Shown piece by piece: positions 11,350 through 26,600 of a stretch of DNA of 64,000 nt. Under the pieces are notes generated by a model. The model was given only the letters and a program-made list of their open reading frames with translations. It was not told where the DNA came from and did no database searches. The DNA is from Eledone cirrhosa (lineage: Eukaryota). Made by a program: the position numbers and the translations under genes. The stretch lies in assembly GCA_964016885.1 (NCBI GenBank), contig OZ024741.1, positions 36,952,001-37,016,000 of the forward strand, read 5' to 3'. Within the stretch, counting starts at the first letter, position 1; each line of letters begins with the position of its first letter.

Positions 11350-11692
11350 ATTAAATATATCCTTTTATTTTAAATATGCATCAATAACATTACACATTGC
11401 TCACAGTTCTTTCAGAATGAAAATTTAAACACATAACAAACACAATTAACTATTGGAACCTCACAAATACAACGCACCAAAATATCTGACCAAAGTGAGA
11501 GAAAGAAAGAAAAAGTGGGGGGAAACAAAAACGATCATCAATTCACCAGCAAGTACGACAATCGGCCGCACATAACAAGGGTCAACGGAATATTTTGAGG
11601 CAAGCCAATACGCTCGCAGCATTACTACGGGTGATGACGAGGCTAAAACACTGAAACAACCAGACACCTTTACGGCTATCATCTGACCTCAG
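11350..11692 (-). mobile_element. CRE-like element 3' end (C-terminus and 3'UTR)
   Basis: Reverse-complement similarity to 14110-14392 (ggcttgcctcaa..ttccgttgacccttg...tttgtgaggttc). Confidence 0.8.
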
Positions 11693-11955
11693 TTTTTGTT
11701 TTTAAATGACTCTTCCAAGATTTTTATTAAAAACAGAGTAATTAGGTAATAAAAATAAATGACTCGTGCAATAACCTGATTTTTTTTTCCAACATATTTT
11801 GGCCTAACAAATTCTTCACCAGAAAATGTTTCCGTTTTTCTGCCAATACTGAAGTAATTTTCATAGAGCGCTTATTTCATAATGAAACTTCCACAAATTA
11901 TTTTAACAAATATACATTTGTTTTCTTTTGATTTATTTCTTTTCTTAATCAAGTA

Positions 11956-12430
11956 TTCTTCATATCTCCATTGCACTCTAAGTGGGAGCCAATATATGTG
12001 GGGGTCTGATATGTCACTGTGGTAAGTCTCTCAATTCCACAGGCCTCCATAGTTTGTCCAGCCCCCTGAATGCTGGTCGCGTCGCTCGCCACACCGAGCT
12101 AAACCTGATCATTAGGCGTGCTAGAGCAAGGGTAAATATCCTCTCAGTTCTGGAGCCTGCTGGATTATCCAGAATTGATGGGGAGATACCAGGTGGTCTC
12201 ACCCTTTGTCCCTGGGTAATAGGCAGATGTCTCATCTGAGACACCACAGTCAGTGATTCTTTTGCTCCTCGCCCACATCATGGATGCCGCGGTAAATGTG
12301 AGGGTCACTGCTTCCATTGCCGAACGGAATAAAATCTGAAAATACCGGGAAGTATCAAATAACTATTTTTTTGCAGTCTGTGGCGTTCGAGACGTTTGGC
12401 GGAGTTTGGCCACTGATAGCGAAATTCTTA
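11956..12430 (+). mobile_element. CRE-like non-LTR retrotransposon fragment (zinc knuckle and restriction-like endonuclease)
   Basis: CHCG...GLHSLS...RHTELN...LEPAGLSRIDGEIPGGLTLCPW..GRCLI*DTTVSD (decayed R-P-D-G...W-D RLE motif). Confidence 0.8.
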
Positions 12431-12711
12431 TCGTTCGTGTCGTAAGAAGCGAAGAGACCTCTACCTTTGCGTCTCCACTCGTATCCGGACCGAATCTACC
12501 TGCGTGATGGTCACCTGCTTCGCGTCTGGCCAGAGAACATGGCAAAAGCTCACACACTCACTAGCACAAGTCATACGAAGAGTCCAAACTCGATCGTGGC
12601 TCAGAAACCAAGAGCGAGATACGACCCGCACTTCTGGCTCCCTAGCGCCACATTTCGTATGATTTTGATCCAAACACTAGCTTTCAGTTTTCTTTATATT
12701 TTAGTCGAATG

Positions 12712-12962
12712 TGCCACACATCACAAGGGTCAACGGAATATTTTGAAGCAAGCCAATACGGTCGCAGCATTACTACGGGTGATGGCAAGGCTAAGGCTCT
12801 GAAATAACCAGGCATCTTTAGGGGCATCATCTGACACCTCAGTAAGACGAGTTGCAAACGATGACAAGAACTTCACTGTCAGCGGCCCCACTCCACCAAA
12901 TGTCTCGAACGCCACAGGCTGGGAAAAATAATTGTTGGATCGATCCAGGAATTTCGGATTTT
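12712..12962 (-). mobile_element. CRE-like element C-terminal fragment
   Basis: PVAFETFGGVGPLTVKFLSSFATRLTEVSDDAPKDAWLFQSLSLAITRSNAATVLAC. Confidence 0.85.
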
Positions 12963-12987
12963 ATTCGACATTTCTATTAGAAATAAA

Positions 12988-13360
12988 ATAATTGTTTCTA
13001 CTTTAGACAACCAGCAATTATCTCAGTGTATTACTGGTGCTTTATTTTATCGATCCCGTAAGGATGAAAGGCAAAGTTAACCTCGGCGGGATTTGAACTC
13101 AGACCATAAAGGGCCGTAACTCTTTGCTGCAAAGCATGGTGCCAGACCCTCTACCGATACTGCAAATCCTAATAACTTCTAATTTAGACACATAACCAGC
13201 AATCTTGGGGTGAAGGGAAACCAAATAGTATTTGACTGGTATTTTATTTTATCGACTACGAAAGGATAAATTGAAGGACGAAAGGCAAAGTTGATTTCGA
13301 TGGTATTTAAACACAGAATAAATACAGCAAAGCATTTCCCCGACGCTCTAACGATTGCGC
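12988..13360 (-). mobile_element. Two family B SINEs (second more decayed)
   Basis: ttttatcga...aggatgaaaggcaaagtt...atttgaactcag motifs occur twice. Confidence 0.8.
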
Positions 13361-13386
13361 ATACACGTTTATATATAATTTATATA

Positions 13387-13598
13387 CAGAGTGAGTCATA
13401 AGTAACCGGGAAGTCTAACATTTATATTCCAAATAATATCTACTAAAATTCTGATCATACAGTACGAAATTATATATAAATCAAACAAAAGTAGCAAATA
13501 AATAATTAACGTAAATGTTCGAAAAGCGAATGTTCAAAAGTTATCTGTGAACCTTGCAAAAAATGCATTGACTTCCCGGTTACTTATGAATCACCCTG
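13387..13598. mobile_element. Tc1/mariner-type MITE, 212 bp
   Basis: 29-bp TIRs cag(a/g)gtga(g/t)tcataagtaaccgggaagtc (2 mismatches) flanked by TA on both sides. Confidence 0.9.
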
Positions 13599-13739
13599 TA
13601 TAATTAGTCTTTATTGTCTATTATATATTCTGTTTAGTGATTTATTTACTTGTATGTTTCTTGTACATGCCTGGGGTTGATGAGGGATCAAGTTTTCCAT
13701 GAAGGAATCAATGGTCTATAAAGCTAGTGGAATCCTCAT

Positions 13740-14392
13740 TTAGATCATCATTAAATGGGCCCTAGCTCGGGTAAATATCCCTTCAGTTCTGGAGCCGGTT
13801 GGATTATCCAGAAGTGACGGGAAGAGACCAGACAGTCTTACCCTTTGTCCCTGAGTAAGAGGTAGGTGTCTCATCTTGGACGACGCCACAGTCAGTGACT
13901 CTTTTGCTCCCTCCCACATCATGGCTGCCGCGGTAAATGTGAGGATCACTGCTTCCGTTGCTAAGCGGAATAAAATCTTAAGATACTGGGAACTATCACA
14001 TAACTATTTTTTCCAGCCTGTAGCGTTCGAAACGTTTGGTGGAATTGGGTTGCTGATAGCAAGGTTTTGTCATCGTTGGCAGCTCGCTCTACCGATGTGA
14101 TGTCCGCAAGTGTGTCACCTTGTTTCAGTGCTTTAGTCTCGGTAATATTGTGAGCGTGTTGGCTTGCCTCAACATTTTCCGTTGACCCTTGTGGTGTGGT
14201 GTCGATTGTCGCAATTGATGCCTGTTTTTTAATTTCTTTTCCTTTTCTCTCACTTCGGTCATATATTTTGGTGCATTTGTGAGGTTCTTATTGTATTTAT
14301 TATATGTGTTTATATTTATGTTTATAATTTTATACTATAAGAATTATAAACAATTTGCAATGTTATTAATACAATTGTGAACAATAAAGATA
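13740..14392 (+). mobile_element. CRE-like element 3' fragment with 3'UTR
   Basis: [41 protein letters not shown]...YFFQPVAFETFGGIG; aataaa near the end. Confidence 0.85.
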
Positions 14393-14695
14393 TGTCTTCT
14401 ATTATGGAAGAAACTATTTTCACAAACAATGCATACCGGTTTTCCCCAAGGATCAGCAGTAAATTAGAGTTCATTTTCTACTGTTGTTGAAATTCACGCT
14501 TTATTATATTCCATTATATTCCACTATGCCTTTGCATTATAATGGCTACACAGTAACAACAACAACAACAAAAAGAGGCGTAATTTTTTGAAAGACATAA
14601 TACAAACCAACAAATATTCACAAAGAAGAAGCAAAGCTAAAATCTGTTGCGTAGGCGAGTATTCAGTTTAGACTGACTGTTAAAAAGATCAACGT

Positions 14696-17600
14696 CATAC
14701 TAGTAGAATAACGCCAACATTAATAGTACCATACTAGCAGACTAACGCCAACGTTAATAGTACCATACTAGCAGACTAACGCCAACGTTAATAGTACCAT
14801 ACTAGCAGACTAACGCCAATGTTAATAGTAGCATACTAGCAGACTAACGCCAACGTTAATAGTACCATACTAGCAGACTAACGCCAACGTTAATAGTACC
14901 ATACTAGCAGACTAACGCGAACGTTAATAGTACCATACTAGCAGACTAACGCCAACGTTAATAGTAGCATACTAGCAGACTAACGCCAACGTTAATAGTA
15001 CCATACTAGCAGACTAACGCGAACGTTAATAGTACCATACTAGCAGACTAACGCCAACGTTAATAGTAGCATACTAGCAGACTAACGCCAACGTTAATAG
15101 TACCATACTAGCAGACCAACGCCAACGTTAATAGTAGCATACTAGCAGACCAACGCCAACGTTAATAGTACCATACTAGCAGACCAACGCCAACGTTAAT
15201 AGTACCACACTAGCAGACCAACGCCGACGTTAATAGTACCACACTAGCAGACTAACGCCAACGTTAATAGTACCATACTAGCAGACCAACGCCAACGTTA
15301 ATAGTACCACACTAGCAGACCAACGCCAACGTTAATAGTACCATACTAGCAGACCAACGCCAACGTTAATAGTACCACACTAGCAGACCAACGCCAACGT
15401 TAATAGTACCACACTAGCAGACCAACGCCAACGTTAATAGTACCATACTAGCAGACCAACGTCAACGTTAATAGTACCACACTAGCAGACCAACGCCAAC
15501 GTTAATAGTACCATACTAGCAGACCAACGCCAACGTTAATAGTACCATACTAGCAGACTAACGTCAACGTTAATAGTACCATACTAGCAGACCAACGCCA
15601 ACGTTAATAGTACCATACTAGCAGACTAACGCCAACGTTAATAGTACCATACTAGCAGACTAACGCCAACGTTAATAGTAGCATACTAGCAGACTAACGC
15701 CAACGTTAATAGTACCATACTAGCAGACTAACGCGAACGTTAATAGTAGCATACTAGCAGACTAACGCCAACGTTAATAGTACCATACTAGCAGACTAAC
15801 GCGAACGTTAATAGTACCACACTAGCAGACCAACGCCAACGTTAATAGTACCATACTAGCAGACGAACGCCAACGTTAATAGTACCATACTAGCAGACCA
15901 ACGCCAACGTTAATAGTACCACACTAGCAGACCAGCGCCAACGTTAATAGTACCATACTAGCAGACCAACGCCAACGTTAATAGTACCATACTAGCAGAC
16001 CAACGCCAACGTTAATAGTGCCACACTAGCAGACTAACGCCAACGTTAATAATACCATACTAGCAGACCAACGCCAATGTTAATAGTACCATACTAGCAG
16101 ACCAACGCCAATGTTAATAGTACCATACTAGCAGACCAACGCCAATGTGAATAGTACCATACTAGCAGACCAACGCCAACGTTAATCGTACCATACTAGC
16201 AGACCAACGCCAACGTTAATAGTACCATATTAGCAGTCCAACGCCAATGTTAATAGTACCATACTAGCAGACCAACGCCAACGTTAATAGTACCATACTA
16301 GCAGACCAACGCCAACGTTAATAGTGCCACACTAGCAGACTAACGCCAACGTTAATAGTACCATACTAGCAGACCAACGCCAATGTTAATAGTACCATAC
16401 TAGCAGACCAACGCCAACGTTAATAGTACCATATTAGCAGACTAACGCCAACGTTAATAGTACCATACTAGCAGACTAACGCCAACGTTAATAGTACCAT
16501 ATTAGCAGACCAACGCCAACGTTAATAGTACCATACTAGCAGACCAACGCCAACGTTAATAGTACCATATTAGCAGTCCAACGCCAACGTTAATAGTACC
16601 ATACTAGCAGACTAACGCCAACGTTAATAGTACCATACTAGCAGACCAACGCCAACGTTAATAGTACCATACTTGCAGACCAACGCCAACGTTAGTAGTA
16701 CCATACTAGCAGACTAACGCCAACGTTAATAGTACCATACTAGCAGACTAACGCCAACCTTAATAGTAGCATACTAGCAGACTAACGCCAACGTTAATAG
16801 TACCATACTAGCAGACTAACACCAACGTTAATAGTAGCATACTAGCAGACTAACGCCAACGTTAATAGTACCATACTAGCAGACTAACGCGAACGTTAAT
16901 AGTAGCATACTAGCAGACTAACGCGAACGTTAATAGTACCATACTAGCAGACTAACACCAACGTTAATAGTACCATACTAGCAGACTAACACCAACGTTA
17001 ATAGTAGCATACTAGCAGACCAACGCCAACGTTAATAGTACCATACTAGCAGACTAACGTCAACGTTAATAGCACCACACTAGTAGACCAACGCCAACGT
17101 TAATAGTACCATACTAGCAGACCAACGCCAACGTTAATAGCACCACACTAGCAGACCAACGCCAACGTTAATAGTACCATACTAGCAGACCAACGCCAAC
17201 GTTAATAGTACCATACTAGCAGACCAACGCCAACGTTAATAGTACCACACTAGCAGACTAACGCCAACGTTAATAGTACCATACTAGCAGACCAACGCCA
17301 ATGTTAATAGTACCATACTAGCAGACCAACGCCAATGTTAATAGTACCATACTAGCAGACCAACGCCAATGTTAATAGTACCATACTAGCAGACCAACGC
17401 CAACGTTAATAGTACCATACTAGCAGACCAACGCCAACGTTAATAGTACCATATTAGCAGACTAACGCCAATGTTAATAGTACCATACTAGCAGACCAAC
17501 GCCAATGTTAATAGTACCATACTAGCAGACCAACGCCAACGTTAATAGTACCATACTAGCAGACCAACGCCAACGTAATAGTACCATACTAGCAGACCAA

Positions 17601-20600
17601 CGGCAATGTTAATAGTACCATACTAGCAGACCAACGCCAATGTTAATAGTACCATACTAGCAGACCAACGCCAACGTTAATAGTACCATACTAGCAGACC
17701 AAAGCCAACGTAATAGTACCATACTAGCAGACCAACGGCAATGTTAATAGTACCATTCTAGCAGACCAACGCCAACGTTAATAGTACCATACTAGCAGAC
17801 CAAGGCCAATGTTAATAGAACCATACTAGCAGACCAACGCCAACATTAATAGTACCATACTAGCAGTCCAACGCCAACGTTAATAGTACCATACTAGCAG
17901 ACCAAGGCCAATGTTAATAGAACCATACTAGCAGACCAACGCCAACATTAATAGTACCATACTAGCAGACCAACGCCAACGTTAATAGTACCATACTAGC
18001 AGACCAAGGCCAATGTTAATAGTACCATACTAGCAGTCCAACGGCAATGTTAATAGTACCATACTAGCAGACCAACGGCAATGTTAATAGTACCATTCTA
18101 GCAGACCAACGCCAACGTTAATAGTACCATACTAGCAGACCAACGCCAACGTTAATAGTAACATACTAGCAGACCAACGCCAACGTTAATAGTACCATAC
18201 TAGCAGACCAACGCCAACGTTAATAGTACCATACTAGCAAACCAACGCCAACGTAATAGTACCATACTAGCAGACCAACGCCAACGTAATAGTACCATAC
18301 TAGCAGACCAACGGCAATGTTAATAGTACTATACTAGCAGACCAACGGCAATGTTAATAGTACCATACTAGCAGACCAAAGGCAATGTTAATAGTACCAT
18401 ACTAGCAGACCAACGTTAATAGTACCATACTAGCAGACCAACGGCAATGTTAATAGTACCATACTAGCAGACCAACGGCAATGTTAATAGTACCATACTA
18501 GCAGATCAACGGCAATGTTAATAGTACCATACTAGCAGACCAACGGCAATGTTAATAGTACCATACTAGCAGACCAACACCAACGTTAATAGTACCATAC
18601 TAGCAGACCAACGGCAATGTTAATAGTACCATACTAGCAGACTAACACCAACGTTAATAGTACCATACTAGCAGACCAACACCAACGTTAATAGTACCAT
18701 ACTAGCAGACCAAGGCCAACGTTAATAGTACCGGACTAGCAGAACAACGCCAACGTTAATAGTACCATATTAGCAGACCAACGCCAACGTTAATAGTACC
18801 ATACTAGCAGACCAACGCCAACGTTAATAGTACCATATTAGCAGACCAACGCCAACGTTAATAGTACCATATTAGCAGACCAACGCCAACGTTAATAGTA
18901 CCATATTAGCAGACCAACGCCAACGTTAATAGTACCATATTAGCAGACCAACGCCAACGTTAATAGTACCATATTAGCAGACCAACGCCAACGTTAATAG
19001 TACCATACTAGCAGACCAACGCCAACGTTAATAGTACCATATTAGCAGACTAACGCGAACGTTAATAGTACCATACTAGCAGACTAACGCCAACGTTAAT
19101 AGTACCATACTAGCAGGCCAACGCCAACGTTAATAGTACCATACTAGCAGACTAACGCCAACGTTAATAGTACCACACTAGCAGACCAACGCCAACGTTA
19201 ATAGTACCACACTAGCAGACTAACGCCAACGTTAATAGTACCATACTAGCAGACCAACGCCAACGTTAATAGTACCATACTAGCAGACCAACGCCAACGT
19301 TAATAGTACCATATTAGCAGACCAACGCCAACGTTAATAGTACCATACTAGCAGACCAACGCCAACGTTAATCGTACCATACTAGCAGACTAACGCCAAC
19401 GTTAATAGTACCATACTAGCAGGCCAACGCCAACGTTAATAGTACCATACTAGCAGACCAACGCCAACGTTAATAGTACCATACTAGCAGACTAACGCCA
19501 ACGTTAATAGTACCATACTAGCCGGCCAACGCCAACGTTAATAGTACCATACTAGCAGACCAACGCCAACGTTAATCGTACCATACTAGCAGACTAACGC
19601 CAACGTTAATAGTACCACACTAGCAGACTAACGCCAACGTTAATAGTACCATACTAGCAGACCAACGCCAACGTTAATAGTACCATACTAGCAGACCAAC
19701 AACAACGGTAATAGTACCATACTAGCAGACTAACGTCAACGTTAATAGTACCATGCTAGCAGACTAACGCCAACGTTAATAGTACCATACTAGCAGACCA
19801 ACGGCAATGTTAATAGTACCATACTAGCAGACTAACGCCAACGTTAATAGTACCATACTAGCAGTCCAAACGCCAACGTTAATAGTACCATATTAGCAGA
19901 CCAACGCCAACGTTAATAGTACCATACTAGCAGACCAACGCCTTCGTTAATAGTACCACACTAGCAGACCCACACCAACGTTAATAGTACCATACTAGAA
20001 GATCCACACCAACGTTAATAGTACCATACTAGCAGACCCACACCAACGTTAATAGTACCATACTAGCAGACCAACGCCAACGTTAATAGTACCATACTAG
20101 CAGACTAACGCCAACGTTAATAGTACCATACTAGCAGTCCAAACGCCAACGTTAATAGTACCATATTAGCAGACCAACGCCAACGTTAATAGTACCATAC
20201 TAGCAGACCAACGCCTTCGTTAATAGTACCACACTAGCAGACCAACGCCAACGTTAATAGTACCACACTAGCAGACCAACGCCAACGTTAATAGTACCAT
20301 ACTAGCAGACCAACGCCAACGTTAATAGTGCCACACTAGCAGACTAACGCCAACGTTAATAGTACCATACTAGCAGACCAACGCCAATGTTAATAGTACC
20401 ATACTAGCAGACCAACGTCAACGTTAATAGTACCATATTAGCAGACCAACGCCAACGTTAATAGTACCATACTAGCAGACCCACACCAACGTTAATAGTA
20501 CCATACTAGCAGACCAACGCCAACGTTAATAGTACCATATTAGTAGACTAACGTCAACGTTAATAGTACCATACTAGCAGACCAACGCCAACGTTAATAG

Positions 20601-23600
20601 TAACATATTAGCAGTCCAACGCCAACGTTAATAGTACCACACTAGCAAACCAACGCCAACGTTAATAGTACCATACTAGCAGACCAACGCCAACGTTAAT
20701 AGTACCACACTAGCAGACTAACGCCAACGTTAATAGTACCATACTAGCAGACCAACGCCAACGTTAATAGTAGCATACTAGCAGACCAACGCCAACGGTA
20801 ATAGTACCATACTAGCAAACCAACGCCAACGTTAATAGTACCATACTAGCAGACTAACGCCAACGTTAATAGTACCATACTAGCAGACCAACGCCAACGT
20901 TAATAGTACCATATTAGCAGACCAACGCCAACGTTAATAGTACCATACTAGCAGACCAACGCCAACGTTAATAGTACCATACTAGCAGACTAACGCCAAC
21001 GTTAATAGTACCGTACTAGCAGACCAACGCCAACGTTAATAGTACCATATTAGCAGACCAACGCCAACGTTAATAGTATCATACTAGCAGACCAACGCCA
21101 ACGTTAATAGTACCATACTAGCAGTCCAACGCCAACGTTAATAGTACCATACTAGCAGACCAAGGCCAACGTTAATAGTACCATACTAGCAGACCAACGT
21201 TAAATAGTACCGTACTAGCAGAACAACGCCAACGTTAATAGTACCATACTAGCAGACCAACGCCAACGTTAATAGTACCATACTAGCAGACCAACGCCAA
21301 CGTTAATAGTACCATATTAGCAGACCAACGCCAACGTTAATAGTACCATACTAGCAGACCAAGGCCAACGTTAATAGTACCATACTAGCAGACCAACGTT
21401 AAATAGTACCGTACTAGCAGACCAACGCCAACGTTAATAGTACCATACTAGCAGACCAACGCCAACGTTAATCGTACCATACTAGCAGACTAAAGCCAAC
21501 GTTAATAGTACCATACTAGCAGACCAGTGCCAACGTTAATAGTACCATACTAGCAGACCAACCCTACATTAATAGTACCATACTAGCAGACCAGTGCCAA
21601 CGTTAATAGTACCATACTAGCAGTCCAACGTCAACGTTAATAGTACCATACTAGCAGACCAACGCCAACGTTAATAGTTCCATACTAGCAGACCAACGCC
21701 AACGCTAATAGTACCATACTAGCACACCAACGCCAACGTTAATAGTTCCATACTAGCAGACTAACGTCAACGCTAATAGTACCATACTAGCAGACCAAGG
21801 CCAATGTTAATAGTACCATACTAGCAGACCAACGCCAACGTTAATAGTACCATACTAGCAGACCAACGCCAACGTTAATAGTTCTATACTAGCAGACTAA
21901 CGTCAACGTTAATAGTACCATACTAGTAGACCAACGCCAACGTTAATAGTACCATACTAGCAGACTGACGCCAACGTTAATAGTACCATACTAGTAGACC
22001 AACGCCAACGTTAATAGTACCATACTAGCAGACCAACGCCTTCGTTAATAGTACCATACTAGCAGACCAACGTTAATAGTACCGGACTAGCAAACCAACG
22101 CCAACGTTAATAGTACCATACTAGCAGACTGACGCCAACGTTAATAGTACCATACTAGCAGACTGACGCCAACGTTAATAGTACCATACTAGCAGACCAA
22201 GGCCAATGTTAATAGAACCATACTAGCAGACCAACGCCAACGTTAATAGTACCATACTAGCAGACCAACGCCAATGTTAATAGAACCATACTAGCAGTCC
22301 AACGCCAACGTTAATAGTACCATACTAGCAGACCAAGGCCAATGTTAATAGCACCATACTAGCAGACCAACGCCAACGTTAATAGTACCATACTAGCAGA
22401 CCAACGTTAATAGTACCGGACTAGCAAACCAACGCCAACGTTAATAGTACCACACTAGCAGAACAACGCCAACGTTAATAGTACCATACTAGCAGACCAA
22501 CGCCAACGTTAATAGTACCACACTAGCAGACCCACACCAACGTTAATAGTACCATACTAGCAGACCAACGCCAACGTTAATAGTACCATATTAGCAGACC
22601 AACGCCAACGTTAATAGTACCATACTAGCAGACCAACGCCAACGTTAATAGTACCACACTAGCAGACCCACACCAACCTTAATAGTACCATACTAGCAGA
22701 CTAACGCAAACGTTAATAGTACCATACTAGCAGACCAAAGCCAACGTTAATAGTACCATACTAGCAGACTAACGTCAACGTTAATAGTACCATACTAGCA
22801 GACTAACGCCAACGTTAATAGTACCACACTAGCAGACCAACGCCAACGTTAATAGTACCATACTAGCAGACTAACGCCAACGTTAATAGTACCATACTAG
22901 CAGTCCAAACGCCAACGTTAATAGTACCATACTAGCAGATCCACACCAACGTTAATAGTACCATACTAGCAGACCCACACCAACGTTAATAGTACCATAC
23001 TAGCAGACTAACGCCAACGTTAATAGTACCATACTAGCAGACCCACACCAACGTTAATAGTACCATACTAGCAGTCCAACGCCAACGTTAATAGTACCAT
23101 ACTAGCAGACCAACGCCAACGTTAATAGTACCATATTAGCAGACCAACGCCAACGTTAATAGTACCATACTAGCAGACCAACGCCAACGTTAATAGTACC
23201 ACACTAGCAGACTAACGCCAACGTTAATAGTACCATACTAGCAGACCAACGCCAACGTTAATAGTAGCATACTAGCAGACCAACGCCAACGTTAATAGTA
23301 CCATACTAGCAAACCAACGCCAACGTTAATAGTACCATACTAGCAGACTAACGTCAACGTTAATAGTACCATGCTAGCAGACTAACGCCAACGTTAATAG
23401 TACCATACTAGCAGACCAACGGCAATGTTAATAGTACCATACTAGCAGACTAACGCCAACGTTAATAGTACCATACTAGCAGTCCAAACGCCAACGTTAA
23501 TAGTACCATATTAGCAGACCAACGCCAACGTTAATAGTACCATACTAGCAGACCAACGCCTTCGTTAATAGTACCACACTAGCAGACCCACACCAACGTT

Positions 23601-26600
23601 AATAGTACCATACTAGAAGATCCACACCAACGTTAATAGTACCATACTAGCAGACCCACACCAACGTTAATAGTACCATACTAGCAGACCAACGCCAACG
23701 TTAATAGTACCATACTAGCAGACTAACGCCAACGTTAATAGTACCATACTAGCAGTCCAAACGCCAACGTTAATAGTACCATATTAGCAGACCAACGCCA
23801 ACGTTAATAGTACCATACTAGCAGACCAACGCCAACGTTAATAGTACCACACTAGCAGACCAACGCCTTCGTTAATAGTACCACACTAGCAGACCAACGC
23901 CAACGTTAATAGTACCACACTAGCAGACCAACGCCAACGTTAATAGTACCATACTAGCAGACCAACGCCAACGTTAATAGTGCCACACTAGCAGACTAAC
24001 GCCAACGTTAATAGTACCATACTAGCAGACCAACGCCAATGTTAATAGTACCATACTAGCAGACCAAGGCCAACGTTAATAGTGCCACACTAGCAGACTA
24101 ACGCCAACGTTAATAGTACCATACTAGCAGACCAACGCCAATGTTAATAGTACCATACTAGCAGACCAACGTCAACGTTAATAGTACCATATTAGCAGAC
24201 CAACGCCAACGTTAATAGTATCATACTAGCAGACCAACGCCAACGTTAATAGTACCATACTAGCAGTCCAACGCCAACGTTAATAGTACCATACTAGCAG
24301 ACCAAGGCCAACGTTAATAGTACCATACTAGCAGACCAACGTTAAATAGTACCGTACTAGCAGAACAACGCCAACGTTAATAGTACCATACTAGCAGACC
24401 AACGCCAACGTTAATAGTACCATACTAGCAGACCAACGCCAACGTTAATAGTACCATATTAGCAGACCAACGCCAACGTTAATAGTACCATACTAGCAGA
24501 CCAAGGCCAACGTTAATAGTACCATACTAGCAGACCAACGTTAAATAGTACCGTACTAGCAGACCAACGCCAACGTTAATAGTACCATACTAGCAGACCA
24601 ACGCCAACGTTAATCGTACCATACTAGCAGACTAAAGCCAACGTTAATAGTACCATACTAGCAGACCAGTGCCAACGTTAATAGTACCATACTAGCAGAC
24701 CAACCCTACATTAATAGTACCATACTAGCAGACCAGTGCCAACGTTAATAGTACCATACTAGCAGTCCAACGTCAACGTTAATAGTACCATACTAGCAGA
24801 CCAACGCCAACGTTAATAGTTCCATACTAGCAGACCAACGCCAACGCTAATAGTACCATACTAGCACACCAACGCCAACGTTAATAGTTCCATACTAGCA
24901 GACTAACGTCAACGCTAATAGTACCATACTAGCAGACCAAGGCCAATGTTAATAGTACCATACTAGCAGACCAACGCCAACGTTAATAGTACCATACTAG
25001 CAGACCAACGCCAACGTTAATAGTTCTATACTAGCAGACTAACGTCAACGTTAATAGTACCATACTAGTAGACCAACGCCAACGTTAATAGTACCATACT
25101 AGCAGACTGACGCCAACGTTAATAGTACCATACTAGTAGACCAACGCCAACGTTAATAGTACCATACTAGCAGACCAACGCCTTCGTTAATAGTACCATA
25201 CTAGCAGACCAACGTTAATAGTACCGGACTAGCAAACCAACGCCAACGTTAATAGTACCATACTAGCAGACTGACGCCAACGTTAATAGTACCATACTAG
25301 CAGACTGACGCCAACGTTAATAGTACCATACTAGCAGACCAAGGCCAATGTTAATAGAACCATACTAGCAAACCAACGCCAACGTTAATAGTACCATACT
25401 AGCAGACTAACGTCAACGTTAATAGTACCATGCTAGCAGACTAACGCCAACGTTAATAGTACCATATTAGCAGTCCAACGCCAACGTTAATAGTACCATA
25501 CTAGCAGACTAACGCCAACGTTAATAGTACCATACTAGCAGACCAACGCCAACGTTAATAGTACCATATTAGCAGACCAACGCCAACGTTAATAGTACCA
25601 TACTAGCAGACCAACGCCTTCGTTAATAGTACCACACTAGCAGACCCACACCAACGTTAATAGTACCATACTAGAAGATCCACACCAACGTTAATAGTAC
25701 CATACTAGCAGACCCACACCAACGTTAATAGTACCATACTAGCAGACCAACGCCAACGTTAATAGTACCATACTAGCAGACTAACGCCAACGTTAATAGT
25801 ACCATACTAGCAGTCCAAACGCCAACGTTAATAGTACCATATTAGCAGACCAACGCCAACGTTAATAGTACCATACTAGCAGACCAACGCCAACGTTAAT
25901 AGTACCACACTAGCAGACCAACGCCTTCGTTAATAGTACCACACTAGCAGACCAACGCCAACGTTAATAGTACCACACTAGCAGACCAACGCCAACGTTA
26001 ATAGTACCATACTAGCAGACCAACGCCAACGTTAATAGTGCCACACTAGCAGACTAACGCCAACGTTAATAGTACCATACTAGCAGACCAACGCCAATGT
26101 TAATAGTACCATACTAGCAGACCAAGGCCAACGTTAATAGTGCCACACTAGCAGACTAACGCCAACGTTAATAGTACCATACTAGCAGACCAACGCCAAT
26201 GTTAATAGTACCATACTAGCAGACCAACGTCAACGTTAATAGTACCATATTAGCAGACCAACGCCAACGTTAATAGTATCATACTAGCAGACCAACGCCA
26301 ACGTTAATAGTACCATACTAGCAGTCCAACGCCAACGTTAATAGTACCATACTAGCAGACCAAGGCCAACGTTAATAGTACCATACTAGCAGACCAACGT
26401 TAAATAGTACCGTACTAGCAGAACAACGCCAACGTTAATAGTACCATACTAGCAGACCAACGCCAACGTTAATAGTAACATACTAGCAGACCAACGCCAA
26501 CGTTAATAGTACCATATTAGCAGACCAACGCCAACGTTAATAGTACCATACTAGCAGACCAAGGCCAACGTTAATAGTACCATACTAGCAGACCAACGTT

